From a virus (taxonomy: Duplodnaviria; Caudoviricetes), in the IMG/VR virus record IMGVR_UViG_3300037755_000503, positions 1 through 36,121 of that record: a stretch of DNA of 36,121 nucleotides; one strand, 5' to 3'. Within the stretch, counting starts at the first letter, position 1. Each line of letters starts with the position of its first letter. A program made the translations under genes and the position numbers. Shown here piece by piece: positions 25,808-33,980 of this stretch. The notes under the pieces were generated by a model. That model did not search any database, was not told where the DNA came from, and was given only the letters and a program-made list of their open reading frames with translations.

Positions 25808-26083
25808 ATGCCCCAGTACCGCAAGCCAGAAGGCCGGCCCTACCGACGGGCCAAAGCCCAGGTCCGAGCAACCGAATCCGTCTGCTGGCTCTGCGGTGGC
25901 GCCATCGACAAGGCACTCCGCTTCCCACACCCATGGTCCTTCAGCGTCGACCACGTCATCCCCGTCGAGATGGGTGGAGCACAGAACGACCGCAACAACA
26001 TGAGAGCCGCACACCTCCGCCACAACCAAGAACGAGGCATGGGCAAGGCCAAGCCACCAACGAGACAATCACGCCAATGGTGA
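25808..26083 (+). CDS. Packaging-associated HNH endonuclease (HK97 gp74-like, 91 aa)
   Basis: CWLCG...SVDHVIP...N...AH..HN; just upstream of terminase module. Confidence 0.85.
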   Translation: MPQYRKPEGRPYRRAKAQVRATESVCWLCGGAIDKALRFPHPWSFSVDHVIPVEMGGAQNDRNNMRAAHLRHNQERGMGKAKPPTRQSRQW

Positions 26084-26204
26084 CCGCGCAGCGCGCGAAG
26101 ACTCCCCTCCCCCGGGAGCCGGCCGGAAGCATGAGGGTTACGTTCGGTCTCTCCCCGGTCGAAATCTCCGGCTCCGTTCACTCTGAGTGCTTGAGGTTCT
26201 GGGC
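26084..26204. other. Probable genome end / cos region
   Basis: Non-coding gap between HNH and terminase module; switch from C/A-rich to G/T-rich top strand. Confidence 0.5.
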
Positions 26205-26438
26205 GTGATCTGGCGGACGAAGACCGCACGGGTCGCCGTGCTCGACGCTCTGGCCGAGGCGGACGGGTGGTGCTACGCCATCGACCTGCAACGGGCCACC
26301 GGCATGCGATGGGGTCTCCTCTACCGGGCGCTCTGGTCGCTTCACGCCGACGGCCGGGTCGACTCCACGCTCGAGCCCGCCGATCCCCGCACGCCGATCA
26401 GCCGCAGGCGGACCATGTACGCGCTGGTGGAGCGGTGA
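26205..26438 (+). CDS. PadR-like winged-helix protein (77 aa)
   Basis: VLDAL...YAIDLQRATGMRWGLLYRAL..L...G.V...RRTMYAL. Confidence 0.7.
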   Translation: MIWRTKTARVAVLDALAEADGWCYAIDLQRATGMRWGLLYRALWSLHADGRVDSTLEPADPRTPISRRRTMYALVER

Positions 26439-26758
26439 CGGATCGGTGCGGTGCCCCGACGAAGGCGGGGTCGCCGTGTCGGCGCACGGCGGGCCGGTGC
26501 CCGTCGCATCCCGACCTCGATGACGGCACCATCCGCTTCCAGGTGGACCGGGCGCTCGCCGAGATCCCGGATGACTGGCGGACGGCGGTGGCCCGCATGC
26601 TGGCCGACCAGCTGGACGGCGACGAGCCGAACGCGTCGATGGCCCGTGAGTTGCGGGCGGTGATGGCGCAGGTGACCGCGGAGACGCCGGCACCGGCCGA
26701 CACTGCCGATGAGCTGAGGAAGCGCCGTGCTGATCGGCAGTCGCGCGCCGCGGGTTAA
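26435..26758 (+). CDS. Terminase small subunit (107 aa) with N-terminal C3H knuckle
   Basis: ARELRAVM...DELRKRR C-terminus; overlaps TerL start. Confidence 0.75.
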   Translation: MTDRCGAPTKAGSPCRRTAGRCPSHPDLDDGTIRFQVDRALAEIPDDWRTAVARMLADQLDGDEPNASMARELRAVMAQVTAETPAPADTADELRKRRADRQSRAAG

Positions 26759-28178
26759 GTCGGTCCCGCTCCACGCCGAGGGTGCCACGTCAGGGCCGGA
26801 GGCTGTCGAGTACGCGGCGAGCGTCGGGCTTCACCTCGACCCGTGGCAGAGCGACTTCCTCGACGATGCGCTCGCCGAGATCGGGGCGGTCTGGGCTGCG
26901 TTCGAGGTGGCCGGGATTGTGGGCCGCCAGTCCGGCAAGGGTGCGATCCTCGAGGCGCGCGAGTTGTCGGGCGTCGAGATATTCGGTGAGCGCCTGATCA
27001 TGCACACGGCGCATGAGCTGAAGACCGCTGAAGAGGCGTTCCTGCGGATGGTGCAGCTGATCGAGGAGAGCGCCGACCTTGACCGCAAGGTGATGCGGGT
27101 CTCCCGGTCGAACGGGAAGGAGGCGGTGTACTTCCGTGGCGCGGGGCGTGGCACGTTCGGGGCCCGGATCAAGTACATCGCCCGGTCGGGCAAGTCGGGT
27201 CGTGGGTTCGCCGGCGCCGATCTGGTCGTGTTCGACGAGGCGATGTTTCTGGCGGCGGCGACGATGGGCGCGATCGTCCCGACGCTGACCACGTCACCGA
27301 ACCCGCAGATCTGGTACATGGCGTCCGGGCTGCTGGCGGAGAGCACGCACCTCGCCGAGCTTCGTGCTCGGGCGCTCGCCGGTGGCGACCGCTATCTCAT
27401 GCTCGCCGAGTGGTCCGCGAAGGAGGGCGCCGACCTGGACGACCGTCAGCAGTGGGCGGCGGCGAACCCCGGTCTCGGGTTCCGTACCACGGAGCGGTTC
27501 CTGGAGCGTGAGCGTCAGGCGCTCCCCGAGGATGAGTGGGCGCGCGAGGTGATGTGCCTGCATGGTGACGGTGGTTCCACCACGGTGATCGATCCGGACA
27601 GGTGGGCGGCGTTGGAGGACCGGGGGTCGCGGCCGGCTGATCCGGTGGCGTTCGGCCTTGAGGTGCCACCGGATCGCAGCACCGTCTGGATCTCGGTGTC
27701 GGGGACCCGGCTGGACAAGCGGAAGCACACCGAGCTGGTGGCGTGCTGCGTGTTCCATGCCGAGCAGGGTGGCCGGTGTGCCGGTACGGCATGGTGCTAC
27801 GCCCGGCTGGCCGAGTTGGACAAGCGGTGGAAGCCGAACGGGATCTTCCTCGATCCGTCGGGCCCGGCGGGTGCGCTGATCGTCGGTCTCACGAAGGCCG
27901 ATGTGGAGCTGGAGTTGGTGGGGGCGCGGGAGATGGCGCAGGCGTCGGGCGAGTTCTACGACTTGGTGTTGGCCAACGGGTTGCGTCATCTGGGTCAGCC
28001 GGAGCTGAACACGGCGGTTGGTGGTGCGCGGAAGCGGCCGTTGGCGGGTGCGTGGACGTGGCAGCCTGCGGATGCGTCGGTGAACATTGCGCCGTTGCGG
28101 GCGTCGACGTTGGCGGTGCACGGTGTGGACCGGCCGACGAAACGGAAGAGGCGTACGGGGCGGGCGATGGCAGTATGA
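26727..28178 (+). CDS. terL: Terminase large subunit (483 aa)
   Basis: LDPWQ, Walker A GRQSGKG, Walker B LVVFDEA, ANPGLG. Confidence 0.95.
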   Translation: MLIGSRAPRVKSVPLHAEGATSGPEAVEYAASVGLHLDPWQSDFLDDALAEIGAVWAAFEVAGIVGRQSGKGAILEARELSGVEIFGERLIMHTAHELKTAEEAFLRMVQLIEESADLDRKVMRVSRSNGKEAVYFRGAGRGTFGARIKYIARSGKSGRGFAGADLVVFDEAMFLAAATMGAIVPTLTTSPNPQIWYMASGLLAESTHLAELRARALAGGDRYLMLAEWSAKEGADLDDRQQWAAANPGLGFRTTERFLERERQALPEDEWAREVMCLHGDGGSTTVIDPDRWAALEDRGSRPADPVAFGLEVPPDRSTVWISVSGTRLDKRKHTELVACCVFHAEQGGRCAGTAWCYARLAELDKRWKPNGIFLDPSGPAGALIVGLTKADVELELVGAREMAQASGEFYDLVLANGLRHLGQPELNTAVGGARKRPLAGAWTWQPADASVNIAPLRASTLAVHGVDRPTKRKRRTGRAMAV

Positions 28179-28369
28179 GGCCGATGGACACAGCGCCGAT
28201 CCGGGCCTGGCTTGAGGGTCGAGCCATCGCGCCCTGCCCTGAGCGCGAGATGATCACCCAGTTGGTTGACGCGCTGGACCTGGTGCTCAACTGCGAGCAC
28301 GAGCACCAGACCAACTACGGCGAGGGCCTGATCTCCTGCACCGACTGCGGGGTCAGGTGGTGGTACTGA
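28175..28369 (+). CDS. Small Zn-ribbon protein (64 aa)
   Basis: ATGA coupling; CEH...CTDCG. Confidence 0.6.
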   Translation: MRPMDTAPIRAWLEGRAIAPCPEREMITQLVDALDLVLNCEHEHQTNYGEGLISCTDCGVRWWY

Positions 28370-28399
28370 GCGCGACGCGCTTCGCGAATCGCGTCGCGC
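28370..28399. other. 30-bp near-perfect palindrome
   Basis: GCGCGACGCG C TTCGCGAA T CGCGTCGCGC. Confidence 0.75.
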
Positions 28400-28516
28400 C
28401 AACTGGCCGTGACCGAAGTCACCAAAGTTCCTCGCGACTTTTCGCGGTCGGAGCGACCTATAAGGCGAGGGACGACGCCGATACAACCGGGGGCCGTGAT
28501 GGGGGACAATGTGCGG

Positions 28517-28756
28517 ATGAGCACCGGTGAGGTTGCCGCGATGATCGGCGGTCCCTGGGATGGTGAAGCGTTCCCCATCGAGGGGGTGCTGGACGTCGTC
28601 AAGCTGGTCGCCTCCGGCCCGGTTCGCTATGCCGTTCAGGTCTGGTCGGCCGAGGCGACCGACAGGCCGGAGATCGTCACTTACCGTCTCCAGTTCGAGC
28701 TGGGCGCGCCATCACGGGACGACCAGGGCCGTCTGCGGTACCTCATCCATCCCTGA
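28517..28756 (+). CDS. Hypothetical protein, GGPWDG motif (79 aa)
   Basis: GGP.DG motif common in small phage proteins; start uncertain. Confidence 0.6.
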   Translation: MSTGEVAAMIGGPWDGEAFPIEGVLDVVKLVASGPVRYAVQVWSAEATDRPEIVTYRLQFELGAPSRDDQGRLRYLIHP

Positions 28757-28788
28757 GATGGCTGGGCCACCCGGTATCTTTGCCGGGT

Positions 28789-30117
28789 ATGGCTCTCGCA
28801 ACCGCTGAGGCGCTCGACCTGGCACGCGAGCTCCACCAGATCCGCGAGAGCGAGTGCACCCGACTCGACCTGATCCACGAGTATCTGCGTGACGACCCGA
28901 ACGAGCGGCGCCTCGGCGGGCTCCCGGTGGGCGCACCCCCGGATGTGGTCCGCCTGGCCCGGATCGCCCGGGTCAACGTCCTGAAGTACACGGTCACGGC
29001 CCGGGTGCAGAACATGTACGTAGACGGGTTCCAAACCCCGATGTCGCCGGACAACATCGCGGCGTGGGACGTGTGGCAGCGGAACCGGCTCGACGCCCGC
29101 TCGATCGGTGTGCACCGGGCGGCTGTGTCGTTCGGCGCCGGGTACGTGACGGTGATCCCCGGTGACCCGGTGCCGGTGATGCGGGGGGCGTCGCCACGGA
29201 AGCTGACGGCCGCGTACGGCGATGACGACGACTGGCCGAGGGCGACGCTCGAGCAGCGCCGCAACAAGCGGTGGCGGATGCTCGACGAGACGTCCGTGTA
29301 CGAGCTGCGCGGCAACGACCACGGCGCCGGGTTCGAGCTGATCTCCACGTCGGACCACGGTGCGACGGCCGACGGGGAGCCGGTGTGTCCGGTCATCCGG
29401 TTCACCGACACCGTCGACCTGGACGACCCGGTGCGGGGGATCGTCGAACCGAACCTGTCGCTTCAGGATCAGATCAACATCACGACGTTCGGGTTGATGG
29501 TCGCGCAGCACTACGGCGCGTTCCGGCAGAGGTACATCCTCGGCTGGTTGGCCGAGACCGAAACGGCCGCGCTGAAGATGGGCGCGGCCCGGCTGATGAC
29601 GTTCGAGGACTCCTCGTCCGACATCTCGGTCGGCGAGTTCGCGCAGACGGACCTGCGTGGCTACATCGAGTCCCGTGAGGCGACGATCCGGCACCTGGCC
29701 ACCGTCTCCCAGACCCCGGTGCACGAGCTGCTCGGCCAGTTCATCAACCTTTCCGCGGAGGCGTTGGAGGCGGCGAGGGCTGGGCATCAGGCGGCGATCG
29801 ACGAGAACAAGACGGTGCTCGGCGAGTCGTGGGAGCAGGCCCTGAATCTGGCCGGCGAGATGAACGGCGTGCCGGCGGATCCGGCGGCGTCGGTGCTGTG
29901 GCGCGACACCCGGGTCCGGTCGCTCGGCGACGCCGCCGAGGCGCTCGGCCTCCTGGCGGAGAAGCTCGGTATCCCGGTCCGTGAACTGTGGAAGCGGATT
30001 CCCGGTGTCCCTCAACACGAGGTTGAGCGTTGGGAGGTCGCCGCCGACGAGCAGGGTGACGCCATGGGCGACCTCGAGCGGACGCTCGATCGGCAGTCCG
30101 TCGGCGCCGACGCCTGA
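28789..30117 (+). CDS. Portal protein (SPP1 gp6-like, ~442 aa)
   Basis: WQRNRLD, AFRQRYILG, NLSAEAL, LGESWE motifs; position. Confidence 0.92.
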   Translation: MALATAEALDLARELHQIRESECTRLDLIHEYLRDDPNERRLGGLPVGAPPDVVRLARIARVNVLKYTVTARVQNMYVDGFQTPMSPDNIAAWDVWQRNRLDARSIGVHRAAVSFGAGYVTVIPGDPVPVMRGASPRKLTAAYGDDDDWPRATLEQRRNKRWRMLDETSVYELRGNDHGAGFELISTSDHGATADGEPVCPVIRFTDTVDLDDPVRGIVEPNLSLQDQINITTFGLMVAQHYGAFRQRYILGWLAETETAALKMGAARLMTFEDSSSDISVGEFAQTDLRGYIESREATIRHLATVSQTPVHELLGQFINLSAEALEAARAGHQAAIDENKTVLGESWEQALNLAGEMNGVPADPAASVLWRDTRVRSLGDAAEALGLLAEKLGIPVRELWKRIPGVPQHEVERWEVAADEQGDAMGDLERTLDRQSVGADA

Positions 30118-31853
30118 TGGCCCGCACCGACGCAGGTGCGGCGCTCACGGCCCGTCATCACGGCCAGCAGGTCGCGGTGCGGTCCCGTGTGCTGGCGGCG
30201 CTGCTGCGGTTGTGGCGGTTCGTTGATCCGACGAACCTGGCCGGGACCATCAATCCGTTCTCGGCGGCGGCGGCGGCGCTCGTCCAGGCCGGTCACCGCG
30301 ACTCGGCCCGGACGGCGTCGGCGTACTACGTGGCGTTCCGGTCGGCGGAGGGTGCCCGTGGTGCCGTCGCGGTCGCGCTCGGCTCCCCGCCGGACGCCGA
30401 TCTGATCTCCATCGCGTTGCGCGCGGCGGGCCTGGCGGGGATCATCCGGGCCCGTCAGGCCGGCGCGACGCCGCAGGTTGCCGCCGATCGGGGGTTCGTC
30501 CGTGTGGCCGGTTCGGCGTCGAACCTGGTGCTCGACGGTGGCCGGCAGACGATCACCGACGCGACCGCCTCGGATCCGGCGGCGACCGGTCTCTGGCTGC
30601 GGGTCACCGACGCGGACCCGTGTGCGTTCTGCGCGATGCTCGCCGCGAGGGGCGCCGTGTTCTCCGCCCGCACCGCGAAGTTCGAAGCGCACGGTGCCTG
30701 CGTACTAGGAGCGACGACCGTAGGCGGTCCGAGGTTTGAGGCCGCGTTCCGACGGTGGTACGAGGGGGAACTCGTCATCATCGGCCTGCCCGACGGCGGA
30801 GAACTGGCCATCACCCCGAAGCACCCAGTACTGACCGATCGCGGGTGGGTTGATGCGGGTCTGCTCAGCAAGTCGGACCGTCTCGTCCACAGCGGCGCGC
30901 GTGGCCCTGGATCTGTTGCTCCAAATGAACACCATGCTCCATCCTCGATTGAGGATGTATGGCGTACGGGTCGCGTGAATGGGCTTGTATCCATGCCAGT
31001 TGCCGCCGAGGATTTCCACGGCGATGGAGTGGGAAGTCAGGGCGAAGTCGACGTTGTAACGCCCTATCGCCTTCTCCCTGGTGTAGCTGATGCCGCGGGT
31101 GTCGAGTTCCTTGCGGAACAGGTCCTCGCCCGTGCTGGTGACGCCGGGTCGGGGTCCGAGTCGTTCGCGCGTCGCGGCGGCCTGGGCCAGCTCGGCCTCG
31201 GTCTTCTTCCGGCCTCGGGCGGCTGCGTGTGCGGCCTCCAGCTTGGCGCTGATCTGTTCCGGGGTGAGGGTCGAAACGTGCAACCGGGAGGCATCCAGAG
31301 GGCCGCGACGCTCGACGTCGGCCTCGCTCAGCCAACGCGTGACCACGCCCCGGGCGACGCCATACCTGCCGGCGATCGACTTCTCACTCTCGCCGCTTCT
31401 GTAGGCCTCGATGAACGACCCGTCTGGAGGCTCGATACGCCCATTGCCCGGACGCTGACGGCGGGTCCTCGCTTTGATCCCCCGCCTGCCGAGGAAGGTG
31501 CGGACGGCGTTGGCGCCCAGGCCGACCTCGGCCGCCGCCTCCTTGAACGTCTTGCCGGTGGCGTACAACTCCGCCGCGTGGTCGATCTTCGCCGGGTCGG
31601 GGGCTGGTCTGGGCACGTGTTCAATCTCCGAACATCCGAGGGCTGGTATGCCGCCAACAGCCTAGTCGTATCCAACTGCTCGTGCCAGGCCGAGCCCGAG
31701 TTCGAGGGCTCGGTGCTGCCCGCGAAGTCGCTCGAGTTCGCCGATCTGTGGTCGCGCTCGACGCCCGGGCTGTCCGGGAAGGACGCCGAGAACGCGTTCC
31801 GGCGGGCGCTCGAAGGCCGGTCCTTCCCCGATGACCCGATCGCCGCCGCCTGA
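30117..31853 (+). CDS. MuF-like minor head / capsid-maturation protein precursor with intein (578 aa; ~252 aa spliced)
   Basis: W.RV....PCAFCAMLAARG; splicing restores FEAHGA-CSCQAEP (HxxCxC). Confidence 0.85.
   Translation: MARTDAGAALTARHHGQQVAVRSRVLAALLRLWRFVDPTNLAGTINPFSAAAAALVQAGHRDSARTASAYYVAFRSAEGARGAVAVALGSPPDADLISIALRAAGLAGIIRARQAGATPQVAADRGFVRVAGSASNLVLDGGRQTITDATASDPAATGLWLRVTDADPCAFCAMLAARGAVFSARTAKFEAHGACVLGATTVGGPRFEAAFRRWYEGELVIIGLPDGGELAITPKHPVLTDRGWVDAGLLSKSDRLVHSGARGPGSVAPNEHHAPSSIEDVWRTGRVNGLVSMPVAAEDFHGDGVGSQGEVDVVTPYRLLPGVADAAGVEFLAEQVLARAGDAGSGSESFARRGGLGQLGLGLLPASGGCVCGLQLGADLFRGEGRNVQPGGIQRAATLDVGLAQPTRDHAPGDAIPAGDRLLTLAASVGLDERPVWRLDTPIARTLTAGPRFDPPPAEEGADGVGAQADLGRRLLERLAGGVQLRRVVDLRRVGGWSGHVFNLRTSEGWYAANSLVVSNCSCQAEPEFEGSVLPAKSLEFADLWSRSTPGLSGKDAENAFRRALEGRSFPDDPIAAA
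30699..31676 (+). mobile_element. Intein (326 aa)
   Basis: Cys1 (CVLGATTV), block B ITPKHPVLT.RGW, block F GHVFNLRT, terminal VVSN, +1 Cys. Confidence 0.9.
30705..31616 (-). CDS. Antisense putative homing endonuclease: two HTH + NUMOD-like + DUF559/Vsr-like nuclease (303 aa)
   Basis: STGE...E..IGRYNVDFA....IAVEILGGNWH...GW...FIW; GGAG RBS 10 nt upstream of GTG. Confidence 0.82.
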   Translation of the reverse strand: MPRPAPDPAKIDHAAELYATGKTFKEAAAEVGLGANAVRTFLGRRGIKARTRRQRPGNGRIEPPDGSFIEAYRSGESEKSIAGRYGVARGVVTRWLSEADVERRGPLDASRLHVSTLTPEQISAKLEAAHAAARGRKKTEAELAQAAATRERLGPRPGVTSTGEDLFRKELDTRGISYTREKAIGRYNVDFALTSHSIAVEILGGNWHGYKPIHATRTPYILNRGWSMVFIWSNRSRATRAAVDETVRLAEQTRINPPAIGQYWVLRGDGQFSAVGQADDDEFPLVPPSERGLKPRTAYGRRS

Positions 31854-31931
31854 CCATCCCTGAAACAGATACGGTGATCAGATCTAATCTCTGGTGAAGA
31901 TCACGACCCGACAAGGGGATCCGCACCGGCG

Positions 31932-32519
31932 ATGGCAGATGACGACACGTCCGACACGGACACGAACGACGATCCGCCCGACACGGGCACCGACTGGGAG
32001 GCCGAGGCCAAGAAGTGGAAGCGCTACGCGCGACGCCACGAGACCCAGGCCAATGAGCTGAGGGCGAAGCTGGAAGAGCTGGAGAGTGACGGCGGCTCGG
32101 CCAACAAGTCCGACATGGACAAGCTGCGAGGCCAGATCGCCGATCTTGGCAAGGATCTGGCCGAGGAGCGTCGTAAGAATCTGGTCGCTGAGGTCGCTTC
32201 GAAGTACGAGCTGACCCCGGCGCAGGCGAAGCGGTTGTCGGGAACGACCCGCGAAGAGTTGGAAGAGGACGCCGACGACCTCGTCGAGTCGTTCAAGCCC
32301 GCCAAGGGCAAGCCCGCCAAGGGCGATGACGACAGCGATGACGACAGCGACAGCAGCGACGCTGACGGCAAGGCCTCCACGAACGGCAACGACGCCGGCA
32401 GTGGCCGGTCGAAGCCGAAGGAGAAGCTGCGTGGCGGTGCGTCGTCGGAGTCCGCAGACGACATGTCGGGCGAAGAGATGGCCGACGTGGTGTGGAAACG
32501 CAGCCACGGCGGGATCTGA
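31932..32519 (+). CDS. Capsid scaffolding protein (195 aa)
   Basis: DWEAEAKKWKRYAR, RLSGTTREELEEDA; acidic, coiled; precedes capsid. Confidence 0.88.
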   Translation: MADDDTSDTDTNDDPPDTGTDWEAEAKKWKRYARRHETQANELRAKLEELESDGGSANKSDMDKLRGQIADLGKDLAEERRKNLVAEVASKYELTPAQAKRLSGTTREELEEDADDLVESFKPAKGKPAKGDDDSDDDSDSSDADGKASTNGNDAGSGRSKPKEKLRGGASSESADDMSGEEMADVVWKRSHGGI

Positions 32520-32586
32520 CCCGACCACCACCCTTCCAATGTCCGCCGGGTCAGCCCGGCGACCCTGAGCCTGGAGGCTCCCCCTC

Positions 32587-33462
32587 ATGCCACTCGTGAC
32601 CGCTCAGGGCATCTCGCGCCTGATGATCCCGCTCCTGCGCCGCACCCTCGTGCTGCCGAACACGGTGGCCCGCCCGGCGGGCAACGAGTTCGCCGGCGAC
32701 AACGGCGACACGATCACCGTCCGGGTGCGTCAGCCCCGCACGGCGAACGTCCAGGCCGTCCCCGGTGCGAGCATCGCCGCCAACATCGACCCCATCAACG
32801 AGGTCGGTGTCGCCGTCGTGCTGCACCACCTCTACGACGCCGCCAGCATCACCGACGAAGAGCTGTCGATGGAGCTGATCGACTTCGGGATGCAGGTCAC
32901 CGAGCCGCAGGTGGCCGCCGTGGCGGCCGGCGCTGAGGACGAGTTGGCCGTCGCGATGAACGCGGTGGTCGCGGACCACGTCGACCTGACCTCGGCCAAC
33001 GTCGAGGCGTACATCCTGGAGGCCCGCGAGGTGCTGTCCGAGGCCGACGTGCCGCCCGGTGACCGGTTCTGTGCTTGCTCCCCCGCGGGTGCTTCGCTGG
33101 TCCTCGGCATCGACAACTTCCAGGACAACGTGGCCCGCACCGGCGACGACTCCGCTCTCCGCGAGGCGGTCATCGGTCGCTACTCCGGCTTCACGTTCGT
33201 CGAGTCGAACGCGCTCGACGGTGGCGCTCTCGATCAGGTGCTGAACTTCTACCACCGGTCCGGCTGGGCGTTCGCGAACCGGGCGCCCGTGGCGCCTCGG
33301 GGTGCGAACCAGTCGGCCTCCGTGTCCGACAGCGGTCTCGGTCTCCGCCAGATCTTCCAGTACGACACGACGACCCTGTCCGACCAGAGCGTCATCTCCA
33401 CGTTCGCCGGCGCCAGCCTCGTGGACGCCAACCGGACCTTCAAGGTCGAGGACGCCCCCTGA
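32587..33462 (+). CDS. Major capsid protein (291 aa)
   Basis: GDTITVR, AREVLSEADVP..DR, IGRYSGF patterns; GGAGG RBS; position. Confidence 0.9.
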   Translation: MPLVTAQGISRLMIPLLRRTLVLPNTVARPAGNEFAGDNGDTITVRVRQPRTANVQAVPGASIAANIDPINEVGVAVVLHHLYDAASITDEELSMELIDFGMQVTEPQVAAVAAGAEDELAVAMNAVVADHVDLTSANVEAYILEAREVLSEADVPPGDRFCACSPAGASLVLGIDNFQDNVARTGDDSALREAVIGRYSGFTFVESNALDGGALDQVLNFYHRSGWAFANRAPVAPRGANQSASVSDSGLGLRQIFQYDTTTLSDQSVISTFAGASLVDANRTFKVEDAP

Positions 33463-33686
33463 TGCATCCGACCTTCGCCGAGATGGCGGCCGACCTCATC
33501 CAGCTGTACCGGCCGGATGAGCCGACCGCCGACAAGCTCGACCACGTCCGCGACCTCTTCCAGGCGCTCGTGGTCGAGCTGGACGGCCTGGTGCCCGATG
33601 GCCCGGACGCCACGCTGGCGGCCCAGTCGCTGCACCGGGCGTGCCAGGACGTGATCTTCGCCATCGTCCACAACCAGGCCACCTGA
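33462..33686 (+). CDS. Acb2/Tad1-like helical hairpin protein (74 aa)
   Basis: Y.P......VR..F..L...LD.LVPDGPD.TLA...L......AI..N spacing. Confidence 0.5.
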   Translation: MHPTFAEMAADLIQLYRPDEPTADKLDHVRDLFQALVVELDGLVPDGPDATLAAQSLHRACQDVIFAIVHNQAT

Positions 33687-33698
33687 CCAGGAGACGTC

Positions 33699-33977
33699 AT
33701 GCGCTACCGCAACACCCGTACCGGCCGGGAGGTCGACCTCACCGCCGACGAGGCCCGAGCCTCGGGCATCCCTGGCCGGCTCCGGACGCCTCGCAAGGGA
33801 CCCCGCTGGGTCGAGGTCGTCGACGAGCCCGAGCCCGACGACAGCGACGAGCCGCGACCGGCCGAGGTGCGGGCCTGGGCCCGCGCCGAGGGTATCGACG
33901 TCCCGGCCCGCGGGAACCTCTCGACCGACCTCATCGACAAGTTCAAGGCCGCGAACGCCGGCCAGGAAGAGGACTGA
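33699..33977 (+). CDS. Protein with Lsr2-like C-terminal DNA-binding domain (92 aa)
   Basis: EVRAWARAEGIDVPARGNLSTDLIDKF; AGGAG RBS. Confidence 0.8.
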   Translation: MRYRNTRTGREVDLTADEARASGIPGRLRTPRKGPRWVEVVDEPEPDDSDEPRPAEVRAWARAEGIDVPARGNLSTDLIDKFKAANAGQEED

Positions 33978-33980
33978 CCC

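Noticed and set aside
32326-32362. GACGACAGC-type tandem repeats in the scaffold gene
   Set aside because: Encode a low-complexity Asp/Ser linker; not CRISPR-like
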